DNA of 33,778 nt from a virus. Taxonomy: Duplodnaviria > Caudoviricetes. Shown in pieces: positions 1-8,413 of the stretch (position 1 is the stretch's first letter; the number at the start of each line of letters is the position of its first letter). A program made the translations under genes and the position numbers. Under the pieces are notes generated by a model that saw nothing but the letters and a program-made list of their open reading frames with translations, did not search any database and had not been told where the DNA came from. Where the stretch lies: positions 1 to 33,778 of IMG/VR virus record IMGVR_UViG_3300020045_002075; one strand, written 5' to 3'.

Positions 1-121
1 ATAGAAACAAGAACCCTAACGATGGAATGGGATAAAGTTACTTGGGTTTGTGATTTATACGCGAGTGTATTCTCAAGACAGAAATGGTATCCTTGTGTTG
101 GATGCAGTCCAAAAATATTAA
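1..121. repeat. Terminal direct repeat, left copy (121 bp), probably the assembly overlap of a circular contig
   Basis: 1-121 is identical to 33658-33778, and an ORF reads through the junction. Confidence 0.95.
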
Positions 122-174
122 TAGGAATGATTAACAAATTAGATAAAGTTTATGAAACTTATGAAGTCAATTAA
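1..174 (+). CDS. 3' part of a Cys-rich phage protein spanning the contig junction (starts at 33454; 125 aa in total)
   Basis: Frame 1 IETRTLTMEWDKVTWVCDLYASVFSRQKWYPCVGCSPK...YEVN* continues the 33454 frame; TAA at 172-174. Confidence 0.85.
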   Translation: METRTLTMEWDKVTWVCDLYASVFSRQKWYPCVGCSPKILIGMINKLDKVYETYEVN

Positions 175-403
175 TGAAAAAGAATTTAAAGCATTAACTG
201 AATACATAGACACCAAAAGAGAAAGTGCAAATACTTATTTTGATGTTGATGTAGAAGATGTTTTGTTTAGTTATTTTTATTCAACAGAAGACACGTTTTG
301 GCTTTTAAATGATTGGAATGAGGGGATAGAGGAAGAAAACGACCAAATAAACCATATAAAAGACGCATTAAAATTAATTAAAAAACTAAAAGATGAAAAC
401 TAA
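152..403 (+). CDS. Hypothetical protein
   Basis: 83-aa acidic ORF coupled to its neighbours; the start could be the ATG at 161. Confidence 0.6.
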   Translation: MKLMKSINEKEFKALTEYIDTKRESANTYFDVDVEDVLFSYFYSTEDTFWLLNDWNEGIEEENDQINHIKDALKLIKKLKDEN

Positions 404-653
404 ATTATTATTATTTGCTTTGGCATTTGGATTAATGTCAAGCACGTGTTCAACAGATGAAGTTGAAACACTAAACGATTGTAATTGTGAAGAGCAATTT
501 TATATCAAAGCTCCTATAGTTGGAGGAGGTGGATTTACTTATGAGTTTATCTATGCAAGACCTATCGCCTTTGATTGTGTAAACGAGGAGTATAATGTTT
601 ATTACCCTGTTAGTAATGTAAATTACAATACGGCTAAAGTGGTTTGTGAGTAA
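393..653 (+). CDS. Putative lipoprotein
   Basis: Basic N-terminus, hydrophobic core, then Cys (MKTKLLLFALAFGLMSSTC-STDE). Confidence 0.65.
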   Translation: MKTKLLLFALAFGLMSSTCSTDEVETLNDCNCEEQFYIKAPIVGGGGFTYEFIYARPIAFDCVNEEYNVYYPVSNVNYNTAKVVCE

Positions 654-669
654 ATCAAATATTGATTTA
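651..669. promoter_or_regulatory. Inverted repeat TAAATCAA-ATA-TTGATTTA just upstream of putative terS
   Basis: Perfect 8-bp inverted repeat with a 3-nt spacer; function unknown. Confidence 0.35.
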
Positions 670-671
670 TA

Positions 672-962
672 TTGATTATGGATAAGAGAGTAAATAACGG
701 AGGGAATAGTACTAAGGCTTTAGGAGTTGATAAAAGAAAAAACCAATACTTAGACCTATTAGAAAAAGCATCAACTCCTGATGAGATTGTAAGTGTAATT
801 GAAAAACTAAAAGAGATAGCTACAGTCAAAGGCGACGTCCAAGCTATTAAATTATTCTTAGAATATTACTTAGGCAAACCAAAAGAAACGATAGACCAAA
901 ATGTTAATCTTAATAACTTCGATATAAAAGAATTGTTTAAGTTTGATAACAATAAAGAGTAA
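672..962 (+). CDS. terS: Putative terminase small subunit
   Basis: Directly upstream of and overlapping terL; GDVQAIKLFLEYYLGKPKETID resembles TerS-type C-terminal motifs. Confidence 0.6.
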   Translation: MIMDKRVNNGGNSTKALGVDKRKNQYLDLLEKASTPDEIVSVIEKLKEIATVKGDVQAIKLFLEYYLGKPKETIDQNVNLNNFDIKELFKFDNNKE

Positions 963-2139
963 ATATAAAACTCTTGGGAGTGATAGCCGTTACTATATTG
1001 TTTCAGGTGGTAGAGGTAGCGGGAAATCATATTCTGTTAACCTCTTTTTGCTATTGCTTACATACGAAAGTGGACACACTATATTATTTACTCGTTATAC
1101 TTTAACCTCAGCCCACATATCAATAATCCCTGAGTTTATAGATAAGATAGAAACGGCTCAACTACAAAATGATTTCTACATTACAAAAGATGAAATTATA
1201 AATTTAAAAACAGGTTCTAAAATTCTATTCAAGGGAATTAAAACAGGGAGCGGAACACAAACAGCAAACCTTAAATCTTTAGCAGGAGTTACTACTTGGG
1301 TGCTTGATGAAGCTGAGGAGTTGATAGATGAAGATATATTTGATAAGATTGATTTGTCGATAAGACATCAAACAATACAAAATAGAATTATATTAATATT
1401 AAATCCAGCTACAAAAGAACATTTTATTTATAATCGTTTCTTTGAAAGTAAAGGAGTTCAAGAGGGAAGTAATGTCATTACAGGTGATACAACATACATA
1501 CATACAACGTATTTAGATAATAAAGAAAACCTATCAGAAAGTTTTATTAATCAAATAGAACGCATTAAAACAGCAAACCCACAAAAGTATAAACATGTTA
1601 TACTTGGGGGTTGGTTAGACAAAGCAGAGGGGGTTGTTTTTACTAATTGGAAGTTTGGAGAGTTTAACCCAGATAACTTACAAACTTCTTTCGGACAAGA
1701 TTTCGGTTACTCAATCGACCCAACAACTTTAACAGAGGTTGCAATAGATAAAAAGAAAAAGATTATCTACGTAAAAGAATGTTTCTATAAAGTAAAATTA
1801 ACCACTACTGAAATATTTGAATTAAACAAAACGTATTGTAATCGTAGTTTGATAATCGGAGATAATGCTGAAAGCAGGTTAATAGATGAACTAAGGCATA
1901 AAGGCAATAATATAGTAAGATGCGACAAACCACCTATTGAGTTTGGTGTTTCTTTAATGCAGGACTTTGAAATAATAGTAGAACACAATAGTAGTAATAT
2001 AGCTAAGGAACTAAACAACTATGTTTACTTAGATAAGTCTTCTAAACTTTATTCCGATAATTACAATCACGCAATAGACGGAATACGTTACAATGTTGTG
2101 TATCATTTAGGGCGTAACTTTGGAATTACAATACGATAG
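943..2139 (+). CDS. terL: Terminase large subunit, PBSX/SPP1-like (Terminase_3)
   Basis: Walker A GGRGSGKS, Walker B WVLDEAEE, ILNP coupling motif, nuclease GQDFGY and NHAIDGIRY. Confidence 0.95.
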   Translation: MITIKSKYKTLGSDSRYYIVSGGRGSGKSYSVNLFLLLLTYESGHTILFTRYTLTSAHISIIPEFIDKIETAQLQNDFYITKDEIINLKTGSKILFKGIKTGSGTQTANLKSLAGVTTWVLDEAEELIDEDIFDKIDLSIRHQTIQNRIILILNPATKEHFIYNRFFESKGVQEGSNVITGDTTYIHTTYLDNKENLSESFINQIERIKTANPQKYKHVILGGWLDKAEGVVFTNWKFGEFNPDNLQTSFGQDFGYSIDPTTLTEVAIDKKKKIIYVKECFYKVKLTTTEIFELNKTYCNRSLIIGDNAESRLIDELRHKGNNIVRCDKPPIEFGVSLMQDFEIIVEHNSSNIAKELNNYVYLDKSSKLYSDNYNHAIDGIRYNVVYHLGRNFGITIR

Positions 2140-2142
2140 TGA

Positions 2143-2175
2143 GTAACAAAATCAACTTTTTTTTATTATAATAGT
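2143..2175 (+). promoter_or_regulatory. Putative phage late promoter, copy 1 (GTAACAAA-N14-ATTATAATAGT), directly abutting the ATG
   Basis: Same two boxes and spacing at 7433, 9950 and 13038. Confidence 0.7.
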
Positions 2176-2787
2176 ATGAGGATTACATTACCAGAAGATA
2201 GCAAGGACATTACTTTGATGCAGTATCAAAAGTATTATGAACTTTTACAGCGTGAAGGGTTGGATGAAAAGCAACACAATCAAAGAAAGGTTCAAATATT
2301 TACAGGTATAAAACCTAATGAATACGACAAGATAAGTAAAGCAGATATTGACGATATGATTAAGCAAATAGATATTGCATTAAATCAATCAGCGGTATTT
2401 ACTCCAACGTTTAAAATAGATGATGTTGAGTTTGGTTTTATTCCTAACTTAGATAAGATAACAGTTTCAGAATACTTTGATTTAAGTAAGTATGGCGAGA
2501 GCGTAGATACATTGCACAATCTAATGGCAATATTATTTAGACCGATTAAAGATAAAGACAAGTTAGGTAACTATTCCATAACAGAATATTTAGGTACTGC
2601 TGAATGGGCAGATATAATGAAGCTAACACCAATGAATGCCGTTAATGGTGCGTTGTTTTTTTTTCTGAATTTGTCAACGGAATTAGTGAATTATACCCAG
2701 AGATATACGGAGGCGGAACAAGTGAAGGAAAGATTGCAAGCGACTACTTTGATAAATGGGGATGGTATGCAACCATCGATGAATTAG
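2176..2787 (+). CDS. Putative tail assembly chaperone-like protein, zero-frame product
   Basis: First gene of the tail block; contains a T9 slippery run at 2656-2664 with a long open -1 frame. Confidence 0.55.
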   Translation: MRITLPEDSKDITLMQYQKYYELLQREGLDEKQHNQRKVQIFTGIKPNEYDKISKADIDDMIKQIDIALNQSAVFTPTFKIDDVEFGFIPNLDKITVSEYFDLSKYGESVDTLHNLMAILFRPIKDKDKLGNYSITEYLGTAEWADIMKLTPMNAVNGALFFFLNLSTELVNYTQRYTEAEQVKERLQATTLINGDGMQPSMN

Positions 2788-2924
2788 CAAAAGGAAACAT
2801 TTTAAATTATAAGAAAGTTTTAAAGATAAACGTGTATGAAGCGCATATGTTTTTAGCACATAAGTTAGATAAACAGAAACTAAAGGCAGAAATAATGAAG
2901 CCTAAAAACGAAATACAATTATGA
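2664..2924 (+). CDS. -1 frame extension of the 2176 gene (fusion ~249 aa)
   Basis: Open -1 frame SEFVNGISELYPEIYGGG...DKWGWYATIDELAKGN...EIQL* with no early start codon; its TGA overlaps the next ATG. Confidence 0.65.
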   Translation, partial: SEFVNGISELYPEIYGGGTSEGKIASDYFDKWGWYATIDELAKGNILNYKKVLKINVYEAHMFLAHKLDKQKLKAEIMKPKNEIQL

Positions 2925-3091
2925 AAACACAAAACGATTTAATTTACAAAACAATTTTAATTTATATATTATTTAGTATGATTTTATGGAAATCAGTAGA
3001 ATCAAAAAACATATTAAATATTGTATTAGTGTCTATATGGATATTATTACATATCGTTATAGATTTAAAATATTTTAAAAATAAGCGATGA
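2921..3091 (+). CDS. Small membrane protein (56 aa, two hydrophobic segments), absent from the ORF track
   Basis: MKTQNDLIYKTILIYILFSMILWKSVESKNILNIVLVSIWILLHIVIDLKYFKNKR*; ATGA overlaps at both ends. Confidence 0.6.
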   Translation: MKTQNDLIYKTILIYILFSMILWKSVESKNILNIVLVSIWILLHIVIDLKYFKNKR

Positions 3092-3555
3092 ACCAATACT
3101 CAGAATTATTATACTATATTAAAAGTTTAGCCGATGCAGACGCTTTAGTTAATACCGTTACTCAAGGAGATTTTGAGGTTTTGGATTTAGATAAGGCGAA
3201 TATATTTCCTTTGGTTCATATCAGTATTACGGATAGCGGTTTTACAAATGGGCAAACTGTTAAGTTTAGTTTGCAAGTAGGATGCTTTGCGGTTAGAGAT
3301 ATAAATAAAGAAATAAGAACTAACAAGTTTTGGGAGCAGGACAATGAAGTAGATAACCACAATGAAACGCACGCAGTTTTAAATAGAATGTGGTTAAAAA
3401 TGTATACCGATTTCGAGTTAAATAATATAACAGCAAGTGAAAACCCAACGTTAGAAATTCAATCATTTGTCAGGGGGAATACTTTAGACGGATGGATATT
3501 GAGTTTTGAAGTGGAAATGCCTAACACAACAATATCGCTTTGTGAACCAGACTAA
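3088..3555 (+). CDS. Putative tail completion/terminator protein
   Basis: Size, position and FPLVHI...GWILSFEV pattern; inferred. Confidence 0.5.
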   Translation: MNQYSELLYYIKSLADADALVNTVTQGDFEVLDLDKANIFPLVHISITDSGFTNGQTVKFSLQVGCFAVRDINKEIRTNKFWEQDNEVDNHNETHAVLNRMWLKMYTDFELNNITASENPTLEIQSFVRGNTLDGWILSFEVEMPNTTISLCEPD

Positions 3556-4060
3556 ACAATATTTAGACGCTTTCGGGAAGTATATAGTTCAGCAATCTAA
3601 ATCCAACTTATCAAAGAAAAAGAAAAGAGATACAAGCGAATTATATAACTCAATCGGCTATGAGTTAGAAGTACATAAAAATAGTTTTAGCCTATCCTTT
3701 AAAATGGAGGACTACGGTAAGTTTGTTGACTTAGGTGTAAAAGGGGTTTCAAGTAGTTTTAAATCTCCTAACAGTCCGTTTAAATTTGGTACAGGCACAG
3801 GAGTAAGCGGAGGTTTAACACGCGGGATTGATGGATGGGTTAAACGCAAAAGAATACAGTTTCAAAAGAGGGGAAGTGGTAAGTTTATGAGTTATAAGCA
3901 AACTGCTTTTTTAATTAGAAATAGCATTTGGAATAAGGGAATAGAAACAACAAACTTTTTTCAAAGACCTTTTGAACTAGCATTTAAAAGATTGCCAGAT
4001 GATTTAATTGAAACATACGGATTAGAATTAGAAGATTTATTAAAACATAGCTTGAAATGA
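3506..4060 (+). CDS. Putative neck/tail-completion protein (HK97 gp10-like, basic); probable start GTG at 3542
   Basis: DTSELYNSI, MEDYGKFVDLGVKG, GIETTNFFQRPF; located in the tail block. Confidence 0.55.
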   Translation: MKWKCLTQQYRFVNQTKQYLDAFGKYIVQQSKSNLSKKKKRDTSELYNSIGYELEVHKNSFSLSFKMEDYGKFVDLGVKGVSSSFKSPNSPFKFGTGTGVSGGLTRGIDGWVKRKRIQFQKRGSGKFMSYKQTAFLIRNSIWNKGIETTNFFQRPFELAFKRLPDDLIETYGLELEDLLKHSLK

Positions 4061-4791
4061 TAAAAAGTTTATCGCCTTACATATTAGAAACTCCTTTTGT
4101 TAGTCCTTTGACTGATTTAGTTTGCACGTCATACACGTTGCAGGTATTTGTTTGGAATGGCTATAGAGAAACACCACCTTTAAACTATTCTTATCAAATA
4201 ACAAAAGACAATCCAACAGGTTCAATAGGAAACGACAAGGTAGATATTGCAAGGATAGTAGCTGATTATATAGATTTTCAACCGTTTGATACAATATTAA
4301 CTGAATTAATAGACGGTAACAATCAATATTGGGTTAAGACACAAGTGCTTTATACTACTTCTGATGTGGATGATTACGTGCCTCAAATAGAAACCACTAC
4401 TTTAATGGTAAAAGGTTATAACTACGGCATGAGTGGACAAAATGCACAACCGCCAACAAATAAGATATTTTTAAACGGAACAGAATTTAAAGTAAATAGA
4501 AACGGTTTTTTTGTGTTTCCTTTTTTGATTGAAGAAGCAACTCCCGTTGACACTCCCTTCGCTACAATTTCAAACGTAACAGCAGGATGTGTTACTTTTG
4601 CTTATAATATTCCTTATTCAGAAACAGCAGTTACAGTACAAAGAAGTACAGATAGTGGGGTAACATGGAGTAGTTCAACAGGAAGTCCTATTTCGCCTAG
4701 ATGTAGCTTTACAACAAATACAGGGGATTGGTTTAGGTTGAAGTCAATAGGAGTAGATGAGTATTATTCAAATGTATTTATAGTATTATGA
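4057..4791 (+). CDS. Virion structural (tail) protein
   Basis: Beta/Thr-rich; C-terminal VQRSTDSGVTW (Asp-box-like) segment; ATGA coupling. Confidence 0.55.
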   Translation: MIKSLSPYILETPFVSPLTDLVCTSYTLQVFVWNGYRETPPLNYSYQITKDNPTGSIGNDKVDIARIVADYIDFQPFDTILTELIDGNNQYWVKTQVLYTTSDVDDYVPQIETTTLMVKGYNYGMSGQNAQPPTNKIFLNGTEFKVNRNGFFVFPFLIEEATPVDTPFATISNVTAGCVTFAYNIPYSETAVTVQRSTDSGVTWSSSTGSPISPRCSFTTNTGDWFRLKSIGVDEYYSNVFIVL

Positions 4792-5363
4792 TAACAGTAA
4801 TTTCATATCCAGACAATCAAATAGATTACGAAATAACACCACCAACATCTTTGTTATCACATGAAATGATACAAAATCTATGGATTGATGTTTCAGAAGC
4901 CACTACTGATGAGTATATTGAAATAGTTTTTAATGATGTTACAACGACTTTATTAATAACTGACGAGTGTAGATATACTCCGATTGATATTGCTTTTCAA
5001 AATAAAGAGGGTGCTTTACAGATTGTAACATTTTTTAAAGCAAAAAATGAAAGCATGACAACCACAAACGAAGAGTTTGAAACTGACAGAGGACAACCTT
5101 TAGCGGGTAATCATCAATATGTAAAATATAACGTTCAAGGTAAAAGTAAATTCAAAGTAAATAGCGGTTTTGTTTCAGAGGCAATGAATGAAACGTTTAG
5201 ACAATTAATATTAAGTGAGCGTGTTTGGATGTATGCTGATGAAATATTTACACCTTTAAACGTAGCGAGTAAATCTATTGAATATAAAACAAGACAAAAA
5301 GACCGTTTGATTAATTATGAAATAGAGTTTGACTATGCGTTTAATGAAATCAACAACCTATGA
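4788..5363 (+). CDS. Putative distal tail-like protein
   Basis: Directly before the large tail-tip gene; VNSGFV, LILSERVW and LINYEIEF motifs. Confidence 0.5.
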   Translation: MITVISYPDNQIDYEITPPTSLLSHEMIQNLWIDVSEATTDEYIEIVFNDVTTTLLITDECRYTPIDIAFQNKEGALQIVTFFKAKNESMTTTNEEFETDRGQPLAGNHQYVKYNVQGKSKFKVNSGFVSEAMNETFRQLILSERVWMYADEIFTPLNVASKSIEYKTRQKDRLINYEIEFDYAFNEINNL

Positions 5364-7684
5364 TAATTGATATTTACATAGGTAATGATAAACTTGAAAT
5401 CTTTAAAGACGAGGGTATTCAATTAACAAGTTCAGTTGCTAATGTAAATGATATTAGTAGAAACTTTACAGAATACACTCAAAACTTTACAGTTCCAGCA
5501 AGTGATAATAATAATAGAATATTTAAACACTATTATAACGCTGACATTGATAATACTTTTGATGCACGAACCAAAGTAAACGGACGTATTGAGTTAAGCG
5601 GAATACCTTTTAAATATGGCAAATGGAAACTACTTAAAGCAAACGTTAAACAGAACAAGGTAGCAAACTATACTATTAATTTTACGGGTAATTTATTTAG
5701 TTTAAAAGAAAAGTTTAAGGATGATGAGTTACCGAGTTTAGATTTATCAGCTTTCGACCATACTTATAATTCTACAAATGTACAAACGGGATTAGGTAGT
5801 TCTTTGTTTAGTGGAAGTATAATTTATAACCTATTCGCAAAAAAACAATATTACTACAATGGCACTGCTTCAGATAACACCAACACAGAAACTTTAGCAA
5901 ATATCGCTTGGGGGGGTGGAGCGAACGTTGGTGTTCTTTGGAGTGATTTAAAACCGTCGTTAAGATTAATAAAAGTAATTGAGGCAATTGAGGCTAAATA
6001 TGATATTACTTTTTCAAGGGATTTCTTTGGACGTTCAGAGTTTAACGATTTATTTATTTGGCTAAATGCAGACGCAAGTATTTTAGGAACACCAACAGAG
6101 CAGTTAATAGATTGGGATAGTGGTAATGGTTCAGATTTTGGATTAAGTAATAGTACAGATACTTGGGCAAATACACAAACAGCCTCAGTTAATTATAAAT
6201 ATAGAATAACTATTGAGCCGACACTTTCAAACATCCCTTATAAAGTTATTGTAAAGAATTTCGGTGTTAAGGTTGCAGAGTTTTCTTGTGACGGAGGAGA
6301 TTACACGTCCGACTTTATAACCATCCCTTTAGTAAATGGAATATCGACGCCTTTTGAATATACTTTTTTTGTTTCAAGTTCAAACTCAATTAGCTATGAA
6401 GCATCAATTTTATTAAGAAGAAGTTTTCCTTTCGCTTTAGATAAACAATCTTTCGCAAGCACAAACTCTTTAATTGATACGTTTAATGTTTCAGCAAACC
6501 TACCGAAGATTAAAGTAATTGACTTCATGAAAGGACTGTTTAATATGTTTAAATTGGTGGTAGTAGCAGACCAAAACGATAATATATATATTAACACGTT
6601 TGTAGATTATTACGCCGAAGGTAGGCTTTACGATTTAACACGCTATACTGATTTTAATAGTTATGATGTGGAGCGTGGGAATATCTTAAACCAAATTAAG
6701 TTTAAGTTTCAAGAACCTACAACAATACTAAACAATCAATTCAAACTTAATACAGGTGTTGCTTATGGTGATGAAGAATTAACTTTAGAAGATGAGGACG
6801 GAAACATATTAGACGGTGATAGTTTGAGTATTGAGTTGCCTTTTGAGCAAATTGTATATGAAAGATTACCCGATATAAATGATAGCGTTTTAACAAATAT
6901 TATGTATGGCGGAATATTTGATGAAACAATAGACCCCGCAAACCCAAAAGGACATTTATTTTATAATAAACAGGTTGGATTAAATACTAAAACACTAGCT
7001 TTTATAAATGATGTAGGGACTAAAATACAATTAAATGCGGTTAATATTCCTTTACATACACAAGGATTAGTTAACCCGCAATACTCAACTATATTCGGAA
7101 AAGAATTAAACGAGTGGGACGGCTTGTTAATTGAAAACACACTTTACTCAAACTATTATAGCGACTACATTAACAGTATTTTCAATATTAAACGTAGAAA
7201 TTTTAAATTTAGTTGTAAAAACATTCCTGTTAGAATTTTAACAAAGTTAGAATTAAACGATATTATACAAATAAAACAGAATTATTATAGAATTGATAAC
7301 TATAATTTCAATCTTTTAACAGGGGAAACAACTCTAAATTTACTTAATTCATTTGATAACACTATTAATGCTTTTGATGTAGATAGAACAGTAATTTTTG
7401 CTGATTATCAAGAGCAAACACAATCGGTCTATGTAACAAATAATGACTATTTTGATTATAATAGTAGTGAGTTATGGGTAACCTGTAGTGCTTCGGGGGG
7501 AGTGGTGTATTTCTATATTGAGCAAAACACAACGGGATTTGATAGAGAAGCAACGGTAACTATAATTAACACAGATACATTACAAGAGGTAGATGTTTTG
7601 GTAATACAAACAGCAAACGTGGTTTCTTTTGATAATGACACAATAACTTTTGATACAACTTTAATAACATTCGATAATGGCTAA
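5360..7684 (+). CDS. Tail tip/baseplate hub protein with a C-terminal BACON-like domain
   Basis: N-terminal YTQNFTVPASDNNNRIFKHYYN; C-terminal WVTCS...EQNTTGFDREATVTI matches the BACON W...N..R.A.VT pattern. Confidence 0.65.
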   Translation: MIIDIYIGNDKLEIFKDEGIQLTSSVANVNDISRNFTEYTQNFTVPASDNNNRIFKHYYNADIDNTFDARTKVNGRIELSGIPFKYGKWKLLKANVKQNKVANYTINFTGNLFSLKEKFKDDELPSLDLSAFDHTYNSTNVQTGLGSSLFSGSIIYNLFAKKQYYYNGTASDNTNTETLANIAWGGGANVGVLWSDLKPSLRLIKVIEAIEAKYDITFSRDFFGRSEFNDLFIWLNADASILGTPTEQLIDWDSGNGSDFGLSNSTDTWANTQTASVNYKYRITIEPTLSNIPYKVIVKNFGVKVAEFSCDGGDYTSDFITIPLVNGISTPFEYTFFVSSSNSISYEASILLRRSFPFALDKQSFASTNSLIDTFNVSANLPKIKVIDFMKGLFNMFKLVVVADQNDNIYINTFVDYYAEGRLYDLTRYTDFNSYDVERGNILNQIKFKFQEPTTILNNQFKLNTGVAYGDEELTLEDEDGNILDGDSLSIELPFEQIVYERLPDINDSVLTNIMYGGIFDETIDPANPKGHLFYNKQVGLNTKTLAFINDVGTKIQLNAVNIPLHTQGLVNPQYSTIFGKELNEWDGLLIENTLYSNYYSDYINSIFNIKRRNFKFSCKNIPVRILTKLELNDIIQIKQNYYRIDNYNFNLLTGETTLNLLNSFDNTINAFDVDRTVIFADYQEQTQSVYVTNNDYFDYNSSELWVTCSASGGVVYFYIEQNTTGFDREATVTIINTDTLQEVDVLVIQTANVVSFDNDTITFDTTLITFDNG
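7433..7465 (+). promoter_or_regulatory. Putative phage late promoter, copy 2, embedded in the tail-tip CDS
   Basis: GTAACAAA (7433-7440), N14, ATTATAATAGT (7455-7465): both boxes match exactly. Confidence 0.6.
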
Positions 7685-8261
7685 GGAAATAATAGATTTA
7701 GGAACGGTTGCAAACGATGGTACAGGCGATAGTATTCGTGTTGGTGGTGAAAAGATAAACGATAACTTCACAGATTTATATGATGTTGCTGGATGGGGAT
7801 TTTATTCTGACGATTTATCAACACCAACTATAACAGTCACAACTTCGTTTACTCAAATCACCATTAACGGATTAGGAGCTTCAACAAACGAAAATTATTT
7901 ACCTTATGAGATAAGAGGTAGCGGACACTTCTTTGCTTCATCAACGATAACGCCTGTACACGAAGGAGATGATTACGATGGTAGATTAGATATTAGAGTA
8001 ACAGGTAGAACGGGTACGCCAACCTATATAGAATTTATAATCGATATAAGCGGAAGTACACCAGATACAAATAGAGTATTTACAGGTTATTTATTATCAA
8101 CCAATACAACGCCTTATAGACAAGATTTACCTATTGATTTTTATACTTTGGCTACTTTTAAAGCCAACGGAGGTAAGATTTATGCAAGAGTTGATACAGG
8201 AACGGTTACAATAGGTGACAGAGGAATTAAACTTAGCAGAAAGGGAAAGGGTACATTATGA
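7677..8261 (+). CDS. Tail/baseplate protein with a T4 gp9/gp10-like N-terminus
   Basis: MAKEIIDLGTVANDGTGDSIRVGGEKINDNFTDLY matches the gp9/gp10 N-terminal signature. Confidence 0.75.
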   Translation: MAKEIIDLGTVANDGTGDSIRVGGEKINDNFTDLYDVAGWGFYSDDLSTPTITVTTSFTQITINGLGASTNENYLPYEIRGSGHFFASSTITPVHEGDDYDGRLDIRVTGRTGTPTYIEFIIDISGSTPDTNRVFTGYLLSTNTTPYRQDLPIDFYTLATFKANGGKIYARVDTGTVTIGDRGIKLSRKGKGTL

Positions 8262-8413
8262 TAATAGCACAAATAATCGAGTTATTGCAAAGCGGTGACT
8301 TTTACGGAGCAGGAGAATATACCGAAATTGCAAAAGGCAAAAACGAAATCATTACTAATTTCAAAACTTTCAAAAGTAAAATAAAAAGAAAATGGCGATT
8401 GAGAAAGTTGTAA
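8258..8413 (+). CDS. Small basic protein (51 aa), absent from the ORF track
   Basis: MIIAQIIELLQSGDFYGAGEYTEIAKGKNEIITNFKTFKSKIKRKWRLRKL*; ATGA overlap, fills the gap before the tape measure gene. Confidence 0.65.
   Translation: MIIAQIIELLQSGDFYGAGEYTEIAKGKNEIITNFKTFKSKIKRKWRLRKL

Noticed and set aside
1-121. 121-bp repeat as a biological terminal repeat
   Set aside because: It falls mid-gene and looks like an assembler overlap; PBSX/SPP1-type terminases usually give circularly permuted genomes. Read-end analysis would be needed to claim real ends.
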